A DNA stretch of 64,000 nucleotides from Felis catus. Lineage: Eukaryota. Positions 11,686 through 24,950 of the stretch are shown here, piece by piece (positions within the stretch are counted from its first letter, which is position 1; each line of letters opens with the position of its first letter). The DNA lies in the NCBI RefSeq assembly GCF_018350175.1, contig NC_058368.1, positions 152,646,001 to 152,710,000 of the forward strand. The letters run 5' to 3'. Made by a program: the position numbers and the translations under genes. The notes under the pieces were generated by a model. That model searched no databases and was not told where the DNA came from. It was given only the letters and a program-made list of their open reading frames with translations.

Positions 11686-12711
11686 ATCACTCACAAATTT
11701 TAATTCTGGGTCTGACAGTGGGGCTTCCTCCTCACTTACCTGTCTAGTCACATCATTCATCCAACACATGTTTAATGAGCTACCCAGGATCTTTGTACCA
11801 GGATCTTTGTACCCAGGATCTTTGAGAACTTGGATTTAAGCTCTGTTTTTCCATTATGGAGTGCTAAGTTAATAAACACTACCTGTTACTGAGAACTTTG
11901 CTACATGTTGGTGTGCAAGGGAGGAGAGATGGGGCACTAGTAGCCTAGGCAGGTCTGATGGGACTGTGGAGAGAAAAAGGGGCCCAAGTCTGGCAAACTC
12001 TTGACAAGTCTTAATTTGTTCCCTGTCTGAGATCTGGAGCCCAAACAGAAGAAGCCTCTGGCAGACAGATTTGGGCACTCTTGAGATACCATTTTACGTC
12101 TACTTCTTTGGAATTTAGCAAACTGGAGACTGCCTAAACTTGGTTTTGTTCCTTTGATAAAATTCCCTTATGTGTGCCTAAACTTAGATATCTGAACTCA
12201 GAATGTCAAATATGAGAAATAGCTTTTTCAAGGAACTGCAAAGATCTTTGGAGATTTGTAAGGCTTACTGAGTATGCAGGGCTAACTAACTTGAAGAAGG
12301 AAGAACTGTGTGACATCAGTTCTTTCCTTATAGAGTTTAAGGAAACTAATTACTTTTTACTCCGTGAAATTTAGTTACTGAAAATTGATTTGATGGAGAT
12401 TACTACAGGGAAAAATACACTCCATCAGTTCTGCATTGAAGCAGAATTAGGAATTAGGCCACCTTTGTCTTCAGAACTTTCAACTTTCAACACCTCAGCA
12501 ACACCTGTCACCTCCCACGTCCACATGCCCAGGAATCTACTTCCTTTCTGTTTTCCTTAACAAAGTATGACTTGAAGCACAAAATCTCTCAATGCTGTAA
12601 ATGATGGAAGACGTTTCCATCCGATTCAGTTGTATTTGTATTTTAATATAGGATTAGTCTTTTTTTTTTTTTACATTAAATTGTGAAGTACAGGGACATA
12701 GGCTTCGGCAA

Positions 12712-12940
12712 TTTTTTTTTTATTTAAAAAAAATTTTAGTGTTTATTTTTTGAGGGGGAGAGAGAGAGAGCGCGCGAGCATGAGCATGGGAGGGGCAGAG
12801 AGAGATGGAGACACAGAATCCAAAACGGGCTCCAGGCCCTGAACTGTCAGCACAGAGCCCAACACGGAGCTCGAACCCACAAACTGCGAGATCATGATCT
12901 GAGCCAAAGTCAGACGCTTAACCGACCACCCAGGCACCCC
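12712..12940 (-). mobile_element. Can-SINE
   Basis: Antisense SINE; TSD aggctt(c/t)ggcaat. Confidence 0.92.
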
Positions 12941-13039
12941 AGGCTTTGGCAATCATTTTTATATGACAGCCTTCCAGGTTCTTCGCAGAACCCTATTCTA
13001 TTGTATAGTCCTGCCTGCCCTCCCTTCTTCTCTTCCAGA

Positions 13040-13570
13040 TGTATTGAATTTCTACTACTATGTTCTAGAGCCTATTCTACCTACTAGGTATAGAGTAGTG
13101 AATGAGAGAGACATAGAACCCCTCATGGAGCTTTTGTTCTTGTGGGTGGACAAAAACACCTAAATAAGCAAATACACTATTTTTTAGGGTAAATAATATA
13201 AAGAAAATAAAACAAGGTAATGGGTAAGAGTGCCTGTGGAAGTTGTCAGGGCAGATGCTTCTGAGGAAGGGACAGTTGAGCTACCCCTCAAATGAAGGAT
13301 ATGATAGAGATGGCAGCGATGTGAAGATCTCCGTCAACGTGTACCAGGCAGAGGGGAAAGTTGTGCCTAAGTTCTGAAGCAGGAATGATTTTGATGTGTT
13401 TGAGCCACAGAAAGAAGGTCAGTATTATAGGAGTACAGCGAAAAGAGGGAGAATGGTATAAGATGAGGCTAGAGAGGAAAGTGGGGGCAGAATCATATGG
13501 GCCTTTTAGTCCCTGTGAGGAGTTTGGATTGAAGTATGTTGAGCATCCATTGAAAACTTTCAGCATTCGA
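13040..13570 (-). mobile_element. L2 LINE fragment
   Basis: agtgaatgagagagacatagaacccctcatggagctt...tgtgtttgagcc...ggagtttggatt is typical of degenerate L2. Confidence 0.65.
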
Positions 13571-15329
13571 TAGCATCTACACCACCTTGTCACATACTGG
13601 TGCTAAAAAAACCACTTCTTCTGTTTCCTGGAGTTTTATTTTTCAAGGCGAAGATCATCAGCTCTCTGGAGAAACTTTCACCATTCTGTATAATCTCTTC
13701 CTCTTGGAACATCTCTAGCACTTTCTGGGATGCTCATTTTTTGCCTGGCATCTTCTCCTATTTGGGTTCATTAAACTTTCACCCTAGAGAGTGCAAGTTC
13801 AGTGAACTTAGGGTTGTGTTTTAGGGATCATTGTTTTTCCCACAGTGTCTTCCAGTGTCTTCTGCTTCCTAAACACTCAGTAATAATTGTTAATGAATTA
13901 CTTAGTTCCCTGAGGTAACTTTGAGAAAGAGAGTGGATGTAAGTTTTCATTTCAATCCATCACAGTGCCTAAGGTGGTATCCTACGCAGAGTGAAAATGC
14001 ATGTTGAATAAGTCCGGTTGTGGAGAATGTGTTTAATCATGGGACTGGGTGAAACAATGATTAAGCCAGAGTAGTTTGATAGACACTGACTTTATCAGGG
14101 TCTTAATAAACTAAAGTAACATTTAGTCACAAATAAAGCTTTTAAGCACATGACTAAAATGATAAAACTGTGGGTTGAGTACAGAATATTGAATAATCTA
14201 CAAGCTGTAAATTCATGGGGCATATTAATAGTGAACACACGTTTAAAACAATGTTAAGAGAACATTTTTCTAATATTACATTTTTCTGTTTCACATTATC
14301 ACTGCATGGATAATTGATTCACTGTTTTGACTATAAGTTGTCTCCATGTTTCAGTTTCCTTACCATAGGTTATAGTAAGAAGATCAGTGTCGACTCTTTC
14401 ACTATACCCCATGGATTTACAGTTTCTAGACCCAGATCCACCTTTGTAGTTGAGCATCATAGGAAAGCTATTCAATCACCTTGATCATTTAGGTTGCTCT
14501 TCTCACTACCTGTTCTTACGCTTTCAAGTGCAGTATTTGCGTTCCTACACAGTTTCTGTGTCAGAACCCTTTTGCCTGAATAATCTTTGCTTTAGTGCCC
14601 AGCTGTTTGTTGACTGTTGCAGCTGTGAGATGAGATGTTCAGCAACAACCCATAACAATTCTAAATCAGTACTGCTGGATAGCAGTTTGCAACTCAAAGT
14701 AACTATTCCTATTGAGATTCGTTACAAAGGGTACCCATATGCCCTGTATGTGGAATTAGGAGATGTAAGACCTAGTTCTCTTTCCGCCTTTAAGCTATTC
14801 AGTCAGCGTGTATTTTAATTTCTTTCGTCCATAAAATCAGCGGCGAGGTGGTGTTGGACTGCTAATTGCTAATCTTTAACCTCCTCCCTGATTTGAAACT
14901 TCTAAGAATGCTGCACGTACTTTAAAAATCTCTGGTGCAGATGGGCGTTTGCACGTGCTGATGGTATGGTCTGACCTTGGGAGCTTTACTTTTAAACCCT
15001 GGGAGTAATTGCCAACCTCCGTTGGGGTTTACCACGCGTGAGATGTAGCGTTGCAATTCACACACGATCTCATTCATCGAATCCCTCTAACAACTGTATG
15101 AGGTAGGAATTAACCCTCGTTTATAAATGAGGCAAATAATTTACCTAGATGTTGACCTTAGTCTCTGTTTATAAGTACATCTAAGTGTAGAGTGCTTATT
15201 TTTAATGTTTCATCAATTAATGCTCAAATTCTCATTTGAACATCTCAGGGGGTACTTCAGTCAAAGTTTAAATAAATAACGTCAGGAAAGGAACAGGAAT
15301 CAGTAGTAAATGGGTTTTCTCCCCGGAAA

Positions 15330-16270
15330 GAAAACCGGGAATGGCTTACAGTGGAGTACCCAGGGCGGAGTGCCCACCAGTCTGGGGGTGGAGGGAGTCT
15401 TTGTGCCTAAGGGGACAAACTAGAAAGTTTAGTCTAGGGGTACAACTAGAAGGCGCGAACCGTGCACCCCGCTGTGCTGCACCAGCCGACTCCTTGGTTC
15501 CGGCGCGCAGGCAGGTCAGCTTAGGCGCCTCACTGCCGGAACAGACCATTAGGGATGGCCAAGGCAGGGTGTTCTCGACGCCGGAGCCCGGACCTGACTG
15601 CCCGCTGAGCAGATGAGGGCGCGCTGCCTTGGGCAGCCACCCCCGCTCCGCTGGTCAGGTGAGCGCAGCCCGGGGAGCCGCGAGTCCTATTGGAGCAGAC
15701 CGAGGATGGAGGGGGAGGAGAAAGGGGGGAGGAGAATGGAGCCACCGTCCTGACCCCACAGCGGGAGTGAGAACTAGCAGCCCCGGCGAAGCCTGGGGAC
15801 GCGAGCGAGAGGCAGAACGACGGTGTGCGAAAGGGACCGGCGGCGACCGCAGGGCGCGCGCGGATGTCGGTGTCCCCAGGGCTAGGTAGGCTGTGGTTGG
15901 GGGATGGTGCTGCGAACATCCCACTGCTGGAAGGGAACGCCGCGGCACGCGCGACACGCTGGGTCGCTGCTCCCGCACCTGTTGCCGGAGGTGGAGGCGT
16001 GGGCGCGAGAGGCAGGGCGCGCACCCGGCGCCGCGCGCTGCGGCTAATCCCGCAGAACCTCGGCGTCCGCTCTGCTCGGGCTGCGGCGGTGCAGGGAACC
16101 TGGCGTCCCTACCAGCCGCCCCTTCCCAAACTGTTTGATCTCAAAGAAGGTGAGATGTGGATGGGCAGATGGAAAAGTTTCTCTCTTTCTGCCTGTTTGA
16201 AACCCGAACCCCTAGCTTTAATTTTAAAAAATCCGCTTTGAAAGTAACAGACCGAGAACGGCGCGCCGTG
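15330..16270. promoter_or_regulatory. CpG island / ADGRV1 promoter and exon 1
   Basis: The only strongly GC- and CpG-rich stretch in an AT-rich window. It has an inverted CCAAT (ATTGG 15689-15693), a G/A-rich tract at about 15704-15740, and no obvious TATA box. Confidence 0.9.
15864..15885 (+). CDS. ADGRV1: ADGRV1 coding exon 1 (MSVSPGL + first base of Gly; phase-1 donor)
   Basis: ATGTCGGTGTCCCCAGGGCTAG|gtaggc lies inside the CpG island. The 22 nt join in frame to exon 2 (G+GG=Gly) giving MSVSPGLGMPSASLL, which matches the recalled human N-terminus MSVFLGPGMPSASLL. Confidence 0.9.
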
Positions 16271-18366
16271 ATAATTAATAATCAATGGCAGTAATTAATG
16301 ATGGGAACGTTGGAATAAACCTAAGGAGTCTTATGTTAAAAAATAACCACTAGGTCCCAGAACTTTCAGTGAGATATGTTGATTTCAGGGAGTTTGGAAT
16401 TATCCTGGAGCCGTAGGATAATATATTTTTTAAAAAGCTTAGACTTTTTTAATGTCTTCAACTACTTTAAAATTGATTTTTTTTCTTAAAATTAAAACTA
16501 AGAAATTTTGCTAGTGTTCATGAGGGGCAAAAACTCATTTTAAGGTGCAATATTAACTTACTCGTTGTAACTCTTATTTTAAACCAGCTTTTAACATTTC
16601 ATGAAATCCACAACCTTGGGAAATGTGTGTAATGTGTTTATATGTAGGCTGCAGACTCTTTTAGATATTACTCATATCACATCTTAAGAGGGCATAATTA
16701 CCAACCATTAGGATAAAGCTCAAAAAAATATACCTTAGCATTATTTGAAAATTCCTCCTGAAGTTATTACCTTAAATTACTAAAGTGCTTTTTCCTCCCC
16801 TTTGTGTGTCATTTATCAAAACAGCTAGATAGAACCAAAAAAAAAAAAGTCACTAAAAAAAGATATTCTAGTCAAGATACACATGAACACCAACAGTTAA
16901 TTTTTTGGTGAGTTACTACAGGGAGTGCCAAATACACTCTGAACTGTGATATAATACAATCTTTTAAATATATGCAATTAGATAGGAGTGTTGGCTTGCC
17001 TTTAATTTACAGTGACTTTAGACGTTCATCCATCCTTCTGGGCCTGAGTTTTCTTTATTTACAAAATAAATGAATTAGACCTGGTGATTGAAAAGAATTA
17101 TTTCAGGCTAAAATGATGGGTCTCAAAATTATAAGTTTTTTTTCAACATTATAACTTTTAAAAAAAGTAGCCAACATGCATATGCTAAAAATAAATATGT
17201 TATTTTCATGATGAATCATGATGGCAGCCACCCCATACTGAATGTAATGTAATGTAATGAATTCTGAGAAGCCCTTTATATAGATGATTTAACACTCAGG
17301 ACAACACCATAAATTAAATAGTATCATCCCAATGTACAGATAATGATACTAAGCCATGGAAAGTTTAAACTTCTTGCCAAAGTTCCCCAGTTAGAGCTGG
17401 ATGAAGGATCTTTCCTGAATGCTCTAAGCATCTCTGCTATACTGCATGTGATGATTAAAAGCTGAAACCACCTATAAACATCAGCTCAGAAATAATCTTT
17501 GACTAAAATGTAAGTCCATAATGTGGTGAAGGTAAATTATGGAACAACACTGAATCTTGATATCTACAGAAATGGAAATAATGCATCAGTCAACATTTAT
17601 TGTGTTTTAGTAAGAGCAATTATAGTTTTATATTGTATATATATCAAATATTGAATGCCAATTGCATTTATCATCAGAAAATGATAACATGAGTTGTATT
17701 TGGAACACAGATGCTTTCATGGTAATGAAAATAATGATTAGAAATAATATGGTAAGGTAAGTGTTAAAGTATTAAAGAGATCTTTCTACTTGCAGGTGCC
17801 CTTGGCCATGTTACACCCAGAGAAAAAGAGTATATACAGCCGAATGAGCTGTGGCTAAACTCTTGTGTTCATGTACCCACAATGAATGATAATAGCATGC
17901 TATATTTATTGAAAGTGCATTCCATGACAGGAATTCTAGGCCTTTAAAAAGAGAAGCTTTGTTATTTAATCATCAAATATTATTATCCTGATTTGCAGAT
18001 GAAAGAACTGAGGCAGAAAGATCTGTGACCTGGGAGGACCCGCAAAGAAAATACATTGTCCTTAGATTAGGTGTATGGTCCTTTAATGGTAAGATAGTCA
18101 TAGGCTGTGAATACACCATTGCAATCCTTAAGCACTGGGAGGACATTTGGAGCCAAACTGGATCAACCCCTTTATTTTATGTTTGGGGAAATTGAAACGT
18201 AGAAAAGTTGAGAGACTTAAAGTCACGTCTTCTCTTTTCCCATTTATGACTTTAGACACTTGGATATTCCCATAAACTGATAAGTGAGAAGCATGATAAA
18301 TAAGTATATAACTTAGTGATTATGTGTTTGATTTATTGACAGGCAACCAAATACTGCCTCATGCTT

Positions 18367-18367
<1 letters not shown>

Positions 18368-18412
<45 letters not shown>
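18368..18412. repeat. (TG)n microsatellite
   Basis: About 20 uninterrupted TG units. Confidence 0.95.
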
Positions 18413-18413
<1 letters not shown>

Positions 18414-21400
18414 CTGTTCCACTGGTTTAATATTTCTGTCCTACTGAAAATTTCAAGTTTGCCCAATTAGGGTAGTAAATCTTTGAGGCCAGTGACTATA
18501 TTATATATTTTTCTAGTATCTCTTAGAGTTTAGCCAAGTGGTTAATATATTGAATTTCTTATAGGCTTTGTTACCTATTTACCTGTGATAGCTCATTGTC
18601 TTATACACCACGTCCAGAAATCTGTGCAGTACAAGCAGTGTGCTGTTACTACTTTTACTTTACATAGAGGGCAACCAGATAATTTACAGATGCTTTTAAA
18701 GCATATTGAGCTCCTTAGATGATGATTGCTTAATTTGATCATAAAATGTGGTATGTTACCACAGAGAGGTTTGGATGGGCATTTCCTTGATTTTGTGGGA
18801 AAAGTCAAACAGCTTAGTATTACATGCAGTTGAGTGTACATCTCTCTCTCTCTCTCTTTGACTTGGAAATAATGTCTTTTTTCTGATTGTAAAGATAATA
18901 GAGAATCATGTAGGAGATTCAAACAGTACAGAAAAAAGAAAAATCACCCAGAACTCCACCGTCCGAGGATTTTGGTGAACATACAGCCAGAAAGCTGTTT
19001 TTTTCCCCCATAACTCCTGTTGAATTATTTATTGGAACTGTTTACGATTTAAAGCTCTACTTAGTCCTAGTACTCTACCACCCCCGGGCAGCTCAGACTT
19101 TAAGTAAAGATACTTATTGAGAAGTGATAAAAAGACTGTCTCATTCAGAATGAAGTAGTACAGAAAGTTGTTTTCTCCATGCATGCATGCATGCCTGTTT
19201 TTCTCCCTTCACAAAGCAGGACTCGGAGGACAGGAGGCATCTTTGCATGTATGGAGGGTTCCCCAATGTGTCAGGATGTCAGGCCACACAAGAGGCCATA
19301 GCACCCGAGCTCTGTTGCCCTGATAGAGGTGTGGTAGAGGAGGAGAAGGGTGGAGCTGGGACACAGGAGGCTGGGGTAATACAAAAGCTATGTTTTCTGA
19401 TTCCACTGTGACACATTATACACTTTAAAATGTACCAGACCAAGTCCCTCCCCTAGCTGCTGGGCAGGTGGTCATGGGGCCCTTTCTGATGCAGTCAGGC
19501 GTAAGGCTGGCTATACCTCAGAATGAGGGCAGGATGCTGATAGGACATTTCTCATTCATTTATTCAGCATTCTGAAAAACCCGAATAGACTCTTTTTCAT
19601 ATAAAGGGGGAAAACTGACTGTTGGAATAATTCTCCATAAATGAGTTTTGAACTAATACAAAATTATTAGGTATAAAGGGAGACTGGGGGTCTCTTTGAG
19701 TTTTGCTATGATAGCTATTTTTATATGCATTTGAGTATAATTACATTAAGAATACTCACGTTTTAAAGATTATATTATTTGATGACTTTAATTTATATGT
19801 TTATTTGTTATTCAAAATTCCTTTTCCCTGGGCACATTTTCTTGATTTGTGCTATATATGTGAGCATCGAACTCTTTCATGCCTTACTTTATTAGGGGCT
19901 TAACATGGCTTAAATCCAGCCATCTGTTCTCATCTTGGCACGTCAGCACATTGGAGATGCTGGTAGGGGCTAAATAAATTTCCCACATTTTAAAGGTTAG
20001 GGAAAGAACTACCTTTATGAATAGATTTCAAATGATTCTCAGCAAGACAATAGTGCAGAAGTGGAGTAAAAATGCATTTCATTCTCTGAAGCACAAGGTC
20101 CCCTGTCTGTCTTTAGTTTTGCTGAAAGGCAATTAGCATTTCAACTAGCCAATTTGGTTACATGCAATGAAGTACTTGGGTTTATAATTTGCTGCTCTCT
20201 CTGTCTGAGGCATTTGAGCTCCAGCTCTTATGTAATCCTCTCCAAGTAGCCTTCTCTCCAGCATAGTTATTGTTGCTGGTCGTAAGTAACTAATCAACAG
20301 AGTTTTCCTTGCCTTCAACTGTGGGGTGCCATAAGGCAAGGAAAATGAAATGCCAAGCTAATAAGGGGATGATTGTAATTATTAAATAGTCATTATTGAA
20401 ACGTGGCACAGGTTGAAAGATACAGAATAGCTTCAAATGGAATGGCTTCAAAATACAACTTCAAAAAAAGGCATTGTGTGGCACTCCTAATAGTTTATTT
20501 CTGCATGCAGTAGGCCTGGTGAACAGAGGGTATCCATATTATATAGAGGGAATTAAGGGAGATGACTCAAAATTAACAGAGAAGAAGCAATTCTTTTTTA
20601 AAAAATATAATTTATTGTCAAGTTACCTAACATACGGTGTATACAGTGTGCTCTTGGCTTCAGGAAGAAGAATCAGTTCTTAATTGTTAATATTGACTTT
20701 GCTGTCTCTCTGCAAGAAATAATTCTGTGGGGAATAGGCGTAAAAGAAAAGATTTTTTTTTTAGTATTGTAACACGTGATCAAGTGCTCTGAAGTATATT
20801 GTGGAAATAATTCAGGGGTTTGTATTTGTGTGCTAACCGAAGGTAAGATTTTGTTAGCTTCTTTAGTCATGAATTCTGATAATTAGGTAATATTAATATA
20901 CTTCCTGTGTAAACTCATATTCTTCAGAAGGAACCACTCTGTGTTTTGATAATCCTTTTGTTAGGATAATTGGAAGGATATTATCCTTTAATCCATGTCA
21001 TAGGGCAGTAATTCAGTTTAGCTCATCTTTTTATGCAGTGCTGTTTTTGCAGAGTTGTACTTATGTAAATATTGGGCAATAAAGTAATACATGTTTCATT
21101 TTTCAAATAACATTTCATTGAAAGGGGTCCTAATAGAAATGTTTTAGATATAAGCCTGGCAAATGATCAATATAATTTTAAGAATGTATATGAAAGAATT
21201 ACATTATCTTTTATATCTCCAACCTGTGTTATAGAGAGAAAGCCCTATCTATAGCTATAATTAGAGTCATTTGTATAATATTCAACTAAATTCAGCAGTG
21301 TTGGTGAGCACAGATGAAATAAAGAAGGCTCATCTGTCCTCTGGCAGACTAGTCGGCTAGGGATGGGAAATGTTGTGGAAAAAGTTGGACTTGATCTGGA

Positions 21401-21589
21401 TGTTGCAGAGTGGTGGGGAGAAGGGAGTGGAGAGTAGAGAGAAGAGCCCAGGGAATAGCTTGGGTCAGAGGTGCAGAGGGAGGAGTGATCCAGGTGTCTT
21501 GTCCTAGATACACATTAGATCAATTTGAGTACATAGGTTGAAAGGAGAGAAAGAGATGGCTGGAAATGCAGGGTTGGTTAGATTTTTTT

Positions 21590-22360
21590 AAACATTGAGA
21601 TATAATTCACTCATCAAAAAAATCCCCAGCTTTTAAAGTGGGTAATTCAGTGGTATTTATTATATTTACAGAGGTGTGCAGCTGTCACCACCATCTTTCC
21701 AGAACATTTTCATCACCTCAAAAAGAAATTCTGTATCTAGTAGGTTTCACTCCCCATCCTCTCCTACCCCCAAGTCCCTGGCAAGCAATCTAATGTCTGT
21801 GTCTCTACAGTTGTGCCTGTTCTGGGCATTTCGTATAACTGGAATCTTACGGTATGTAGCCTTTTGTGTCTCCCTTCTTTCACTTACCATAATGTTTTCA
21901 AAGTTTACCGTGCTTGTATCACTCCTTCATTCTTTCTTTAAATGTTTATTCATTTATTTATTTTGGAGAGAGAGAGGAAGGGAGGGAGGGAGAGAGACAG
22001 AGAGAAAATGAACAAGCGGGGGAGGGGCAGAGAGAGAGGGAGACAGAGAATCTGAAGCAGGCTCCACGCTCTGAGCTGTTAGCTCAGAGCCCGACGTGGG
22101 GCTTGAACTCACGAACAATGAGATCACAACCTGAGCCGAAGTTGGACGCTTAACCAGCCGAGCCACCCAGGCACCCCGTTATGGCTGAGTAATATTCCTT
22201 TGTATGTATATATAAATATAATGCCTTTATCCTTTCATCAGTTGATGGACATTGGGTTGTTTCTATTTTGACTATTGTATGACAGACATTTGTATATAAA
22301 TGTTTGTGTGAATGTATATTTTCAGTTCTCTTGAATCTAGGAGTGGAATTATTGGGTCAG
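21590..22360 (-). mobile_element. Old L1M (L1MA/MB-like) 3' fragment, interrupted by a SINE
   Basis: ccagaacattttcatcacc..., ggctgagtaatattcc..., gatggacattgggttgtttc. Confidence 0.75.
21935..22177 (-). mobile_element. Can-SINE
   Basis: Full antisense SINE inside L1M. Confidence 0.92.
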
Positions 22361-23094
22361 TTGGGACAGTGGATAAAATAGCCAGTGTGCATTCAGAAGA
22401 CACTTTTCCCTTTTCTTTTTATAGATGCTTTTAAGCTCAGGGTCACATTATGGGGCACATGTGTGAAGTATGGCTTAAAGGTTTGTAACTAGGAACTCTC
22501 CTTGCATAGACCCCTGCCACTTAACTAAGACATTTAAGACATGACCAAATGGTGAGAAAACAAAGTAAAGGAACAACTTGCAGCCAGTGACTTCTCCCTT
22601 ACCACTGGCTGTAGTTTTTCCTATGAAAGAAGTGTGGTCCACGTTGGCATTATGATTAACCTGTCTAGGATATACTAAAGTCAGAAATGTGACTGGATAT
22701 TGTCTGATACACACTGAATTCAATTCTCTGATGACTTCTGTGTTTTCGGTAGGAACTCATCTAAATGATACTGGTTGAACAACCAAAATGAGAAAAAAAT
22801 ATTTTTTCTTCTAAGCCAGTTTAATGAAAGTTTAAAATGTTATTTCATTAATGAAGGTAATTCAATAAATCCCTTGATTGAGAATTGGGCTTTAAGTAAA
22901 TAAAAGACAAGTCCAATTCACTAATGTTAGTTTGTCAGATAATCAATAATTCTCGTATGTGTGTGTGCATTTATACATTTATCTGAATCTTTAGTTTCCT
23001 GAAAGGTCTGATGTACTTTATAAAATGAACAAATTGAAACAAATAAATTTGATTAAGTTTGTCTAATTTTGGTGGAGGCAAAATATTTTAAGCT

Positions 23095-23311
23095 TTTTTC
23101 TTAAAATTTTTTTAATGTTTATTTATTTTTGAGAGAGAGACAGAGTGTGAGTGGGGGAGGAGCAGAGAGAGAGGGAGACACAATATCCGAAGCAGGCTTC
23201 AGGCTCTGAGCCGTCAGCACAGAGCCGAATGCAGGGCTCGAACTCACCAACTGCGAGATCATGACCTGAGCCGAAGTCGGACAGTTAGCCACTGAGCCAC
23301 CCAGGCACCCC
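23095..23311 (-). mobile_element. Can-SINE
   Basis: Full antisense SINE. Confidence 0.92.
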
Positions 23312-24709
23312 TACATTTTAAACGTTTTTGAAAAGAAAAAAAAACTATACTTGCATTAGTACCTTATGAATTGCAGCATAGGCTCACATGAATTAATTCA
23401 TGGAATCCTAATAACCATGTGGTTGTAAGTTATTAACTGTTTTACTTTTTGGATGAAATGAAGATTCATAATAGTCAACAAAATTAATTAAAAACAGCAA
23501 CAAACTCAGATCTTCAATTTAATGCCCAAAACTTGTCCAGTCATTAATAATCACAGCAATGATCATAATCTAATATTTTTTGATGTTTCACAAAAACATT
23601 TCTATTAATTTTAAAATGAATTAACTCCTTATCTTAGATTTCCTAATATAAATAAATCTGTTTCATCAGGTAGGATGGCATTGAAAACCTCACACTAATA
23701 TTTCTAAACCTCAACCAGGAGGACTTCACTTCTTTTGAACATTTGTTACCAAAATTATAAATAATTCGAGGTAGTCCTTAAATACCCTTGCAAAGCAATT
23801 TGATCCTGAGTGGCCGTTTTACATAGCATTTAAGTACATTTCTTGGAGAAAGTCAGCAAACTTAGGAAATTGTTCCTGTTTTTAGGTGACTAGAATGACT
23901 TAGCTTTTATAAGTCAGTTCTATACCTACTATTTGAGACCTTGAAATAATATAGTTAATAGAATTTCCAGAAGCTGTTTTAGCTTAGGGGATTTTACTTC
24001 ATCTTTTTTTTTAATTTCTCCCTAATATTCATGAGTGATACTGTATTGGGGGTTGTTCATTCATTCACTCATTCATTCAGCGTTTACTGAAGCACTCTGC
24101 CATGAACTTGAAACACACACTGAGTTGGTGATTTCTCCTTTTACATTTTATTGTAGCTACTGAGCTCAAAATTCAGATTTTATAGTGATTTTTCACATTT
24201 TAAAATCGCAGTGATTTCACTGGCACCATGTATAGAACTCTTAACCCTACTCTTTTAGGGAGCTAACACCTCCCCTCTCCCTCCCCAGCTCATATCTTTC
24301 AACACAGGAGATGAATGTAACCATGGAGAGAATTAGGGCTGCATACTGCCTTCTTTCATTGCTTCTGCTCTTACTAGAGTATTGATTGTGTCAGCCACAA
24401 ATAAAATCTACACCGACACCTAATTACCTTGCAAATGGAAGATCACTGTGAGTGTGAAATTGTGCATAATATGACCATTCTTATTACATCATTAAGCATT
24501 AGGTATAGGGCTGGTCTGTTCACTAGACTGTGCTGGTGAGTAGGCGGTGCTGCCAATAGGCTAGGTTTGATTATAGAGAGAAGAGAATAAAGATGTGCAC
24601 TTGTCATTTAATAGCATGTTTCTCTGATAGGAAGTATAGATAGTGTGACTTTTAAAATGATCTTTTCTACATGACTATGAGCAAGATTCCTTTCTTAATA
24701 GAGAATATT

Positions 24710-24950
24710 AACATGGTATGTAGTTAAAAGCATGGGATCTAGACCTTGAGAGCTTAGGTTTGTATCCTGGCTTTGGATATCTGAGGTCTAATCTTGACAA
24801 GTACATTTAGCCTGTATGTCAGGTTCCTCATCAGAAAATGAGCATAATAATAGTACCTCTGTTACGTTTTTAATGGTTGCTGTGAGGATGAAAGAAGTTA
24901 ACACATGTGAAGGAATTAGAATAGCCTAGCTTTTAGCTGCTATTAGCTAA
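24710..24950 (+). mobile_element. MIR
   Basis: ggtttgtatcctggct...ttcctcatcagaaaatgagcataataatagtacct...ggttgctgtgaggat core. Confidence 0.7.

Noticed and set aside
1..15300. Exons of a neighbouring upstream gene
   Set aside because: No ORF with recognisable homology or convincing spliced coding structure; the region is repeats and non-coding DNA.
15341..16241. Cluster of overlapping ORFs on both strands (up to 164 aa) as separate genes
   Set aside because: Expected from stop-codon scarcity in a CpG island; the Ala/Pro/Arg/Gly-rich translations have no recognisable domain. Only the 22-nt exon 1 is supported.
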